DNA from: a virus
Lineage: Duplodnaviria; Caudoviricetes
Virus record (IMG/VR): IMGVR_UViG_3300019875_000006
Coordinates: 1 to 27,794 of that record
Reading direction: 5' to 3' (one strand)
Length of the DNA stretch: 27,794 bases
A program made the translations under genes and the position numbers. The notes under the pieces are model-generated. The model made no database searches, had not been told where the DNA came from, and saw only the letters and a program-made list of their open reading frames with translations. Of this stretch, positions 8,197-15,759 are shown piece by piece; position 1 is the stretch's first letter, and every line of letters starts with the position of its first letter.

Positions 8197-10267
8197 TCCA
8201 TACCGCCACGACTATTCCACGACACCGGAGTTTACCTAGGCAGAGTCTATATCCACCGGATACGTACGCTTGTTCTGCTTCCTCCATGTCTATAAATCGT
8301 TGTCCATCAATCGCACGGCAATTCTTGCACGTATTCGAGTCCAGGACTTCAGACGCGTAATAGTCAGCAGGTGGAGCCACGGACAAGACCGCTTGCCGTC
8401 CGTGGTTCTGTGCCGCACTAAGCGCGTTCCCTAGTTGCTCGTGCAAGTAGGAATCAGATAGAGACCTGACATGATCATCTACCCCATCCGCTACGTCAGC
8501 CCCGGTAAAACCAGGTGACCATATACGCAGAGCTTCACGACCGGCTGAGTTCGCAAAGCTGGATGCGAGGATGGTAGCCACAGCGGCGGCAATCTCCGTC
8601 AGCCTGTCCGTGTCGAGCTGCTCCCCCGAGACCGTGACGTTTTGCTGAGCAGCTTCCCGCTTCATCTCGGCTGCCGCATCTTCAGCCATGGCTTGCATAG
8701 CGTCAGCAAGCATCTCAGCGGCTTCTGTGCTGTCTATAGCGAGCGTGGCTAGCGCGTCAACCTTATCATCGTTAACGGCTGCCTCAATCTGATCCGTTAG
8801 TTCCTGCCGCTGTGCCCGGCTGACAGTGCTCCAATTACGCAACAGGAAATCAAGCTGACTGTTCCATTGCTGATCTAGTCGCTCCGGATCTACGTTCGAT
8901 GCCGCTTCCACGTCCGTCAGTTGCCGCCGGTTGCCCGCTGTGGCTTTAATCTGGCGTCTCCGGCGCGCGTTCATGCCCGGCATCGGTGCGGGCGTCGGTG
9001 GCATGGGTGCACCGGGCTCAGGAGGAACCGGCGGAACCGGGGGAATGGGTGCGGGCTCCGGCTCGGTGTCTTCCGGCTTCTCGGGTAGCGTCCAGCGCTC
9101 CCTAACCCATGCCTCTAGTTCGTCGTCTGGTGTAACGGCTCCGGCTCCCATAAGAGCCACAAGGGATTCTGCCGTGACTTCCGGTCGTGAACCAGCGTCC
9201 CCGATAACGATACGTGGTACGTTCTCGCTTTCCCCGAAATTGTAATCCACCATTTGAACGGCAAGCTTTGTGAGCACGGTAGCCATCTCTTTACCTATGG
9301 CATTGAGAGATGTCAGCAAGAGGTTTACGAATGTGTCCCCTAGTGCTCGTGATCCGTTGGGAGAAGAATCCAGGTTAAGCACACTGGCAAGTGCCATCTG
9401 TGCCATTTGTCCATCTAGATACCTAATAAAAGCTAGCGTATCCGGAGTGCCGCCGGTAACTCCTTTTAGGTCGAACGTGAATCCATACGGCAAACCTGCC
9501 CCGGACTGGTCCCCTACCCGAGCGGCGGCAGCTAGTAGCTTTGCCTGTTCTACTTGTTGACCTGTTGCGCCTTCCGGTGCGGACACTACAGGAACACCCA
9601 TGCCGAACCGACGATTAGATGTGGCTAGGACTCTCCACATTTCATGTTTCAGTAGCCATGCACCGTATGCATTTCGGAGCATTGACCGGCCTTGCCATGC
9701 CGAACCTTCACGCTCGTGAACATACCAAACTAGGTTCTTAACCGGTACTACGTCCTTTTCCCCGTATTGAAGCATTCCACTTAGCGCGCCATCATCCGCC
9801 GTTAGTATCTCGGCTATTGTAGTCGGCATTCGTTCGGCTAGCTCCATTAGCCGAGCTTGTCCGCTCACGATCTCATACCGTTGCACGAACGGCATATGAC
9901 CGAATACTAGGCTCAATAGGGAGATGCGGAAATGTTCATCAAAATCTACCCCGCGTCTCCGTGCTGGACCTGGTTTGTTTTCTTTGCCCAGAACAGGGAG
10001 CCCTAGATCGTCCGCAATAAGCTTGACGACTTCCGCACGACATCCAGCCGGGTCTACATGCTTAGGGGCTTGACGGAGTGGGAGCGTGTACGCATTCAAT
10101 ACGGCTGTAAGTTGTGGATCAGTGCGCATCTTGCCGTACGTGAATACAGACTCGGGATACAGCAGATCAGGAACGGTCTCCAGAATATCGGTTAGTGCCC
10201 GATTCCATCCCATGTTCTCGGACATGTAACCGGATGATGTTCTAGGTGGTGTTCCCGTAACTGCCAT
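8189..10267 (-). CDS. Portal protein (DUF935/Mu gp29-like) with C-terminal Mu gpF-like domain
   Basis: GRSMLRNAYGAWLLK...RFGMGVPV...GSRALG portal motifs; Pro-rich linker; C-terminal SEVLDSNTCKNCRAIDG...CLGKLRCRG. Confidence 0.9.
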   Translation of the reverse strand: MAVTGTPPRTSSGYMSENMGWNRALTDILETVPDLLYPESVFTYGKMRTDPQLTAVLNAYTLPLRQAPKHVDPAGCRAEVVKLIADDLGLPVLGKENKPGPARRRGVDFDEHFRISLLSLVFGHMPFVQRYEIVSGQARLMELAERMPTTIAEILTADDGALSGMLQYGEKDVVPVKNLVWYVHEREGSAWQGRSMLRNAYGAWLLKHEMWRVLATSNRRFGMGVPVVSAPEGATGQQVEQAKLLAAAARVGDQSGAGLPYGFTFDLKGVTGGTPDTLAFIRYLDGQMAQMALASVLNLDSSPNGSRALGDTFVNLLLTSLNAIGKEMATVLTKLAVQMVDYNFGESENVPRIVIGDAGSRPEVTAESLVALMGAGAVTPDDELEAWVRERWTLPEKPEDTEPEPAPIPPVPPVPPEPGAPMPPTPAPMPGMNARRRRQIKATAGNRRQLTDVEAASNVDPERLDQQWNSQLDFLLRNWSTVSRAQRQELTDQIEAAVNDDKVDALATLAIDSTEAAEMLADAMQAMAEDAAAEMKREAAQQNVTVSGEQLDTDRLTEIAAAVATILASSFANSAGREALRIWSPGFTGADVADGVDDHVRSLSDSYLHEQLGNALSAAQNHGRQAVLSVAPPADYYASEVLDSNTCKNCRAIDGQRFIDMEEAEQAYVSGGYRLCLGKLRCRGIVVAVWND

Positions 10268-10268
10268 T

Positions 10269-11885
10269 TCACCACCTTAGATCTCTATATTCCTTGCCGT
10301 TGCCGTCCACCCCGGTAGCGGACTCGAAAGCATCTCGAATATCATCCCGCTTTGACTGCCCGTTACGCTGACCACTAGTCAATGACTGTCTGTCAGCCTG
10401 AGACAGCAACTCGGTTGCGTCTACGCGGGCAGCATACGCCACCACGTCCACACAATCATCATGGGACGCGTTCGGGAATGAGATAAGTTCATTAACCCAG
10501 ATTTTTACGTCACAGTCCGGCGGCATATGGCCCACGGTCGGCAACCATAGACGGCCGTTCTCCGCTCGGACTGTCGCCGGTAGTGCGCGAGTTACCTTGT
10601 CAGTATCCGCTTTCAGTTCCTTGACAAGGATACCGCTTTTACCAGCCTCATAAACCATCGTGGTTCCGAACATGCGAGATTCCACATATACGACATCGGC
10701 ACTCCACTTCTCTTTAAGTGGCCGGATTAGTTTCCAGTGCTGTTCTTCCTGTATTCGCTTCCTATCTCCATCCAACAAAATCAAGTCACCATCAAGGCTC
10801 AGAGCCCATACACCGCATACCGTCCAGTCGGCAGACGTCTTAGTGGATGCCGCTAGATCCACTGTGCAGAATCGCCAGCAATCGTCCAGATACACGATTC
10901 GTCCCCCGAGATCCACACGAGCCCCGTGCAACTGCCCGTGTCTGGAGACGTCCGGCGGCAGGGAAGACCAGTACCGCATATACGCGCGCTTGAACAGCCC
11001 ACCGGCGGCCGGTCGCGGTGCACCCTGGTACAGGGCAGACCATACGTAGCTTCCGACGTTCTGACGGATCTGAGTCCACTTACGGCGTCCACGAGCGGAC
11101 ACCATGAACTCACCTGGTTTTCTACCTAGTGGATCATCGTGAGATTCAGCCTGAGCCGGGATGGTGACCACGCGCCATTGACCGGGCTCGTTCACCTGAA
11201 GCCATCCCGCTAGATCGTCCTCATGCCATCGTGTTTGAATGATGACGACTTTTGTCGTGGGAGACATACGTGGGATGGCAACAGCCTGCCAGAAGTTTTT
11301 TAGGCGTTTTCGATATAGCTCGGAATGAGCTTCCTCTAGATTCTTGATAGGGTCATCAATGATCAGAATATCAACAGGCTTACCGGTTAGTGATCCCCCG
11401 AGCCCTACACAGTATACAGATCCTTTATGATCTCGGATATTCCAACGTCCAGCCGCACGGCTATCTTGCCGGAGTCGTATCCCCAGATCAATAGGAGAAT
11501 CAACCCCATTAAATCGTTCCACATCTCGCTTGATTTCAGCACCATGCCGCCGTGCCATTTCATCGGTGTAAGAAACGATCGCTATGCGTAGGTCTGGATC
11601 GTGCTCTAGTAGCCATTGGGGGAACCGATAAGATACCCGGACTGATTTACCCTCTTGTGGCGGCATGCTGATAATCAGCTTGTCAATGGCATCCGTGTCT
11701 ACTAGCCGTACTAGTTCATCGTCTATCAACCGGAGTGCAGGAGTCTGAATGGTCGCTGGATCAAGAGTACGGGCAAGAGCACCCGGAGTAGGCCACCGGC
11801 GTTTCTCTTTAGGGGATGGAGGCTCGTACCGCTTTAGCATGGCACGAGCAATGCCGGAGATCACGTCATCCGTTACCGTGGTCAT
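10269..11885 (-). CDS. terL: Terminase large subunit
   Basis: Walker A ISMPPQEGKS, Walker B ILIIDDP, QTRWHEDDLAG, nuclease VDLA and HDDCVD. Start uncertain (11885 ATG or 11921 GTG). Confidence 0.95.
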   Translation of the reverse strand: MTTVTDDVISGIARAMLKRYEPPSPKEKRRWPTPGALARTLDPATIQTPALRLIDDELVRLVDTDAIDKLIISMPPQEGKSVRVSYRFPQWLLEHDPDLRIAIVSYTDEMARRHGAEIKRDVERFNGVDSPIDLGIRLRQDSRAAGRWNIRDHKGSVYCVGLGGSLTGKPVDILIIDDPIKNLEEAHSELYRKRLKNFWQAVAIPRMSPTTKVVIIQTRWHEDDLAGWLQVNEPGQWRVVTIPAQAESHDDPLGRKPGEFMVSARGRRKWTQIRQNVGSYVWSALYQGAPRPAAGGLFKRAYMRYWSSLPPDVSRHGQLHGARVDLGGRIVYLDDCWRFCTVDLAASTKTSADWTVCGVWALSLDGDLILLDGDRKRIQEEQHWKLIRPLKEKWSADVVYVESRMFGTTMVYEAGKSGILVKELKADTDKVTRALPATVRAENGRLWLPTVGHMPPDCDVKIWVNELISFPNASHDDCVDVVAYAARVDATELLSQADRQSLTSGQRNGQSKRDDIRDAFESATGVDGNGKEYRDLRW

Positions 11886-12063
11886 CTTCGGACGCTGGTT
11901 CATCCAAGAGCCGGAGAGCACCGGACTCTAGACCACGCCGAATCAGGGGATGACTTGCATCCAACACCAGTGTTTCCCCGCGTGGTCGCCCATAGAATTC
12001 ATCCACGATTACCTCATACTTTTGAGGGAAATCGTATGGACCTTCTGAGACGTCAATGGACAT
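11866..12063 (-). CDS. Hypothetical protein (65 aa)
   Basis: Fills the gap between the endolysin and terL in the operon. Confidence 0.65.
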   Translation of the reverse strand: MSIDVSEGPYDFPQKYEVIVDEFYGRPRGETLVLDASHPLIRRGLESGALRLLDEPASEDDHGNG

Positions 12064-12069
12064 CGAAAC

Positions 12070-12798
12070 TCAATTCTGGAACAGATGACGCCACGTAACC
12101 GGACCTACGATACCATCAATTGTGATCTTCTCTCGCCGCTGGAACCACTTAACGGCCGTTTCAGTTTTGGTCCCGTAGTCCCCATCTTCAGCAAGCACCG
12201 GCTTATACCCAAGTGCATTGATCTTGTCTTGCACCTTTTTGACGGCAACCGAATTCTCCCAACCCTTGCGCATGAGAGTTGAGGACTTGAACGGATATGC
12301 ATTTCCGATAGCCTTAGGTGGGCTCACAATGTACGCAGGATGGCCAAATCCAGCAATCACTGTATATGATCGCACCCTATACGCCACCATATCGGACGTG
12401 TTGCCCTCTACCGTGATGACTCTGCCATCTCCGAGGTTCTTCTTTATCGTCCCGACATGGTCAATCTTATTGCGTGTGTCCGTGCCACCCCAGTCAAAGA
12501 AGATCACATCCCCCGATGCGGCATGGTTAATGACATTGGATTTAGTCCCTGAATACCATCTCTTAATATTCGCAAAATCATCCGCATGCCATACCGTATA
12601 GGCTCGATCGCCTTTCGGTAGTGCAGCTTTCGCACCGGATTTCCGAGAGCCGTAAGTTTGAAACATGTCACACCACGAGGCACGAAGAAATGCATTGCCG
12701 TGTCGTGATGCATAATCACGTGTGAATACGTTGGGACGTCCACGTACCCCAATATGCTTATTGAGTTCGTTCAAGAAAGCGGCGGCAGTATTCGCCAT
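12070..12798 (-). CDS. Endolysin: CHAP domain plus peptidoglycan-binding domain
   Basis: SWCDMF catalytic Cys, GDVIFFDW, DHVG His, TVEGNT; C-terminal VKKVQ...DGDYGTKTETAVKWFQ...DGIVGPVTW (PG_binding_1). Confidence 0.92.
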   Translation of the reverse strand: MANTAAAFLNELNKHIGVRGRPNVFTRDYASRHGNAFLRASWCDMFQTYGSRKSGAKAALPKGDRAYTVWHADDFANIKRWYSGTKSNVINHAASGDVIFFDWGGTDTRNKIDHVGTIKKNLGDGRVITVEGNTSDMVAYRVRSYTVIAGFGHPAYIVSPPKAIGNAYPFKSSTLMRKGWENSVAVKKVQDKINALGYKPVLAEDGDYGTKTETAVKWFQRREKITIDGIVGPVTWRHLFQN

Positions 12799-12968
12799 TA
12801 GTCTTCATCCCCTACGTGACTAGAGAATGTGCCGCTATTTTCATCGTATGGGTAGAACCGATGAAGAGTCGCCATTTCATCCGGCTCTGTTGGACCCCAT
12901 TCCGTCACGTCAACCTGATCCATGAGTTCGCTTTCAGGTGTATTCAAGGGTCCGGCCGGTGTCGTCAT
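12798..12968 (-). CDS. Acidic 56-aa hypothetical protein, probably leaderless (not in ORF track)
   Basis: MTTPAGPLNTPESELMDQVDVTEWGPTEPDEMATLHRFYPYDENSGTFSSHVGDED*; TAATG-coupled to the endolysin. Confidence 0.7.
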   Translation of the reverse strand: MTTPAGPLNTPESELMDQVDVTEWGPTEPDEMATLHRFYPYDENSGTFSSHVGDED

Positions 12969-12974
12969 GCCGCC

Positions 12975-12980
12975 ATAGTA
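12975..12980 (-). promoter_or_regulatory. -10 element (TACTAT) of the putative late-operon promoter
   Basis: TACTAT lies 6 nt before ATG 12968 with no SD (leaderless geometry); no canonical -35. Confidence 0.55.
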
Positions 12981-13006
12981 CGCCGGAGATCACATGCCCA
13001 GATAGG

Positions 13007-13036
13007 TTGACATGTGGTCATCCTTTATGGGATGAT
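13007..13036 (+). promoter_or_regulatory. Promoter TTGACA-N18-GATGAT with overlapping operator TGAC-ATGTG-GTCA (13008-13020)
   Basis: Read directly; lies upstream of the plus-strand gene at 13078. Confidence 0.65.
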
Positions 13037-13077
13037 TACAACGTACGGCAGGGTGAAACCCGAGAGAGGCACCTGAC

Positions 13078-13443
13078 ATGATCAACACTACGGAGACCGT
13101 TCCCGAGATCCGTTGCATGCGTTGCAAGCGCATCCTGACGAGCAAGCGCAGTATCCGGAACGGGTACGGACCCGGTTGCCGAATCAAGTTGAACGACGCG
13201 GCTAAGAAGGTTGCCAAGCTCTACACGCGGGCACAGATCATCAAGGCTGCCACGGCGCTACGTACCGGAGCGATCAAGTTCTACGACGCTCAGCCGGACG
13301 GCAACCGGTACGCGTGCGAGTCGAGCAGCGGTCGTGACCTCTACTACACAACTGGTTACACGTGCACCTGTCCGGCGTCTATTCGGTGCTATCACCAGTG
13401 CGGAGTAATGATTAGGGAGCTGACGCCGCTTTCTCGTCACTGA
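13078..13443 (+). CDS. Double zinc-finger protein (DUF6011-like plus SWIM-like)
   Basis: CMRCKRILTSKRSIRNGYGPGC (DUF6011-like) and CTCPASIRCYH (SWIM-like CxC...CxH); SD GAGAGG. Confidence 0.75.
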   Translation: MINTTETVPEIRCMRCKRILTSKRSIRNGYGPGCRIKLNDAAKKVAKLYTRAQIIKAATALRTGAIKFYDAQPDGNRYACESSSGRDLYYTTGYTCTCPASIRCYHQCGVMIRELTPLSRH

Positions 13444-13452
13444 TCTTGACAT

Positions 13453-13497
13453 GCTGAAGGGGCTCCGAGACTAGATCGTCATCGGAGCCCCTTCAGC
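13453..13497 (+). terminator. 16-bp hairpin after the plus-strand zinc-finger gene
   Basis: GCTGAAGGGGCTCCGA / TCGGAGCCCCTTCAGC perfect inverted repeat. Confidence 0.7.
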
Positions 13498-13529
13498 GTC
13501 CGGTGCGCGGACCTTGGTCAGCCTACATG

Positions 13530-13568
13530 CAGAGAGCCCGGACGGGGGATCACCATCCGGGCTCTCTG
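13530..13568 (-). terminator. 13-bp hairpin, probably terminating the minus-strand accessory operon
   Basis: CAGAGAGCCCGGA / TCCGGGCTCTCTG; extends with a G-U pair on the minus strand. Confidence 0.6.
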
Positions 13569-13630
13569 GCGGGGGTCCGCGTGACCGAGCCTGCCGAGAC
13601 CGCGCGCATTCAGGGTAACAGAGTCCAGCG

Positions 13631-13852
13631 CTATAGGTCCATCACGTGATTGCAAATCAGACAGGTACCAATGTACGCGGGCTCCGGCGCGCTGAATCCT
13701 CCACCTGAATAATCAGCCCATACATTGATCTCCAATATGGAGCCGTCATATGGACACCTGATAAGCCCGTTGTTAGACCATACCGGCCGCTCCCATGGAT
13801 GGGGTGCCGTGTAGTACCGTACAACGCTCTTGACGTCTTCAGGGTCCGGCAT
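13631..13852 (-). CDS. Small putative zinc-binding protein (73 aa)
   Basis: CPYD ... CLIC motifs; overlaps the tail of the 13657-14109 ORF. Confidence 0.55.
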   Translation of the reverse strand: MPDPEDVKSVVRYYTAPHPWERPVWSNNGLIRCPYDGSILEINVWADYSGGGFSAPEPAYIGTCLICNHVMDL

Positions 13853-14109
13853 CCACTCCGGCCGTATTGGTGTCTGTATCGTGTGTCTGATTCCTCACTA
13901 GCCACGTTGCCCGCGTTCTCTTGAATGTTCCGCATAACTACCACATAGTATTCACGCGCCATAATGTCTGCGCTCTCTGCACTCCATCCTTTTCCTTTAT
14001 GGAGATCTTCACGCATTCCCCGTGCGGCTTCCTCAATAGGCGCGAACATCTCCAACATTTGCATCATGCCCAATGTCAGATCTCGTGCTATGTCGGATTG
14101 CTCGCTCAC
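13657..14109 (-). CDS. Hypothetical protein (helical N-terminal ~70 aa)
   Basis: GTGA coupling to the upstream gene; the 3' part overlaps the next ORF. Confidence 0.6.
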   Translation of the reverse strand: MSEQSDIARDLTLGMMQMLEMFAPIEEAARGMREDLHKGKGWSAESADIMAREYYVVVMRNIQENAGNVASEESDTRYRHQYGRSGCRTLKTSRALYGTTRHPIHGSGRYGLTTGLSGVHMTAPYWRSMYGLIIQVEDSARRSPRTLVPV

Positions 14110-14393
14110 CCTGCCATCACCACCATAATAGGGTAGTGGTTTTCATGGACCACTGGAATCAGGATGCTATTTGGCTGTTGCTTCCACGTCCGACCGGTGC
14201 CCGGTAGCGGAATGAAGTCCCCTACTTGATTGAATACCTGAGCCAGCACGTAACCCTTAAATGGATGCGGTACTTCGTGTGTCCATCTAAGGTCCTCACA
14301 CCGTGCATCGTGCGGGCTCTCGACTTCCACCGTATGAATGTGGCAGTAACCCACATCCAGCGGACTAGGTCCCCTATCGTTGTGGATTATCAT
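14106..14393 (-). CDS. Hypothetical protein (95 aa)
   Basis: Start/stop overlaps on both sides. Confidence 0.65.
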   Translation of the reverse strand: MIIHNDRGPSPLDVGYCHIHTVEVESPHDARCEDLRWTHEVPHPFKGYVLAQVFNQVGDFIPLPGTGRTWKQQPNSILIPVVHENHYPIMVVMAG

Positions 14394-14497
14394 ACAGAGC
14401 GCCGGTTCTTCTTTCGATTCCGGCGCTCTTGCTTAGTCGTCATGCTCTTACGGCCAGTCTGCCGGAGATAGCCGCTGACTCGTCTAATGCTGCTCAT
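14390..14497 (-). CDS. Basic 35-aa microprotein (not in ORF track)
   Basis: MSSIRRVSGYLRQTGRKSMTTKQERRNRKKNRRSV*; ATGA overlap with the next gene. Confidence 0.6.
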   Translation of the reverse strand: MSSIRRVSGYLRQTGRKSMTTKQERRNRKKNRRSV

Positions 14498-14507
14498 TGG
14501 TTGTGCG

Positions 14508-14747
14508 TTACTCATCCTGATCCCCTCTCATCCAAGAGCCAGCTATATGCACCGGACCTGTTATCTTGATTCGCTTAATGGATGATCGCCACGTGGCTAC
14601 GATCTCAGGTATAGAGTCACCATCTATACCCTGCTCTATTGCGGCATTGATACACAGAGCTAGTTCATGCAAAGTCATCCCGTGTTTGCGGTCATTTGCT
14701 GTTCTGTCCGTGTACCCGTATGCCTTCACACCTTCAGATTGTTTCAT
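14508..14747 (-). CDS. Hypothetical protein (79 aa)
   Basis: ATGA coupling to the upstream gene; SD GAAAGG. Confidence 0.7.
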   Translation of the reverse strand: MKQSEGVKAYGYTDRTANDRKHGMTLHELALCINAAIEQGIDGDSIPEIVATWRSSIKRIKITGPVHIAGSWMRGDQDE

Positions 14748-15169
14748 GCTGCCATGTGCCTTTCAGCGTCGGGGCAATCGTGACCGATACACAGCACCGG
14801 CGCGTGCACGGTACCGCGTACGCGCCAGAGATGCGGCTCATGTTGTTCAGGCTCTCGACACCAGGTAACCGGTGTCCCGAACGGGTCCCATGATCCTTGC
14901 GGCCACATTGTAGGGTAAGGGATCGGTGTACCAACCCCGTATATGGCGCTCAGTTCATCTATGAAGCGTTGCCGTTCTTCCTCCTGTATCAGGCACCCGA
15001 GCGGCTTCTTGTGACGTCTCGGGGGAGCACAGAGCCACGCGGACGCGATGACCAGCCCTACCCCGATGATTCTCCAATACAGATGTTGATCAGAAAGCGA
15101 ACGTACCGCCATAAATCCGGCCGCTCCACCGAAAGCGGCTACGATCCTGTCTAGCCACTCGCTATTCAT
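14744..15169 (-). CDS. Membrane protein with C-terminal Cys/His motif
   Basis: Two N-terminal hydrophobic segments; WC.....HEPH.W.........C.G motif; SD GAGGGA. Confidence 0.65.
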   Translation of the reverse strand: MNSEWLDRIVAAFGGAAGFMAVRSLSDQHLYWRIIGVGLVIASAWLCAPPRRHKKPLGCLIQEEERQRFIDELSAIYGVGTPIPYPTMWPQGSWDPFGTPVTWCREPEQHEPHLWRVRGTVHAPVLCIGHDCPDAERHMAA

Positions 15170-15201
15170 GATCCCTCATAATCCTTCCATAGTCAATTTC
15201 C

Positions 15202-15492
15202 TTATACTTTCCTTACTATAATCCACACACCGTCAGCTAGCCTAATACGCACCCCTTCTGAGACACTGTCTCGATTGACTACAGCCATCGTAATGTCATG
15301 GGCTTTCTGAAGTGTAAATCCCGCATCCATAAGGGAGACGATATGGGTAGCGATCCTTACGTCACGCTCTGACCATTGCCGAGCATGCCCCGTGCCGGGC
15401 TCTGCACTGGATAGCCACCCTTTCCTAGCCCACGCACCTAGCTGACGATTAGTCGCGCCGGATCTACTGGTTATGTGTCCAGTCGAATGCAC
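15202..15492 (-). CDS. MerR-like HTH DNA-binding protein
   Basis: SGATNRQLGAWARKGWL...GTGHARQWSERDV...LMDAGFTLQKA resembles the actinobacterial MerR-family HTH. Confidence 0.75.
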   Translation of the reverse strand: MHSTGHITSRSGATNRQLGAWARKGWLSSAEPGTGHARQWSERDVRIATHIVSLMDAGFTLQKAHDITMAVVNRDSVSEGVRIRLADGVWIIVRKV

Positions 15493-15640
15493 CGGGGCTC
15501 ACCCTTTCGTATGTATACATCCACAGAATTGGTATGCCATCTGTTGATTCCAGTTTTGTAGGCACACCATGTACCCGGTAACGAACCTGAAATAGCACAC
15601 TCAATTGACGTGCTCGCTTCATGGCCCATTCCCAGTTCAT
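15464..15640 (-). CDS. 58-aa hypothetical protein (not in ORF track)
   Basis: MNWEWAMKRARQLSVLFQVRYRVHGVPTKLESTDGIPILWMYTYERVSPGAFDWTHNQ*; fills an operon gap. Confidence 0.6.
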   Translation of the reverse strand: MNWEWAMKRARQLSVLFQVRYRVHGVPTKLESTDGIPILWMYTYERVSPGAFDWTHNQ

Positions 15641-15759
15641 GACAAATTAGACCTCAAGTCTAGAATGGATTGCATACACCAACTCACGAAATAATCCCTA
15701 TTGTCCGGGTCATTGAGACAACTACCTCAATGGACATTACCCTCATGCTCACACTTCAT
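15637..15759 (-). pseudogene. 40-codon Cys/His-rich micro-ORF interrupted by one in-frame TGA (pseudogene or recoded)
   Basis: MKCEHEGNVH*GSCLNDPDNRDYFVSWCMQSILDLRSNLS*; ATGA overlaps at both ends; internal TGA at 15727-15729. Confidence 0.5.

Noticed and set aside
8975-9080. Repeat-like GC-rich tract in the portal gene
   Set aside because: It simply encodes the Pro-rich linker and is not a separate element.
67-12601. Many plus-strand ORFs in the track across the structural module (e.g. 170-526, 1570-2055, 6736-7332)
   Set aside because: They are antisense shadows of well-supported minus-strand genes, with no recognisable motifs.
13448-13630. tRNA gene or attP site
   Set aside because: No cloverleaf or T-loop consensus was seen, and no integrase is present in the window.
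15727-15729. Genome-wide TGA reassignment
   Set aside because: Many genes end at TGA with ATGA/GTGA coupling, and the long genes are intact under the standard bacterial code.
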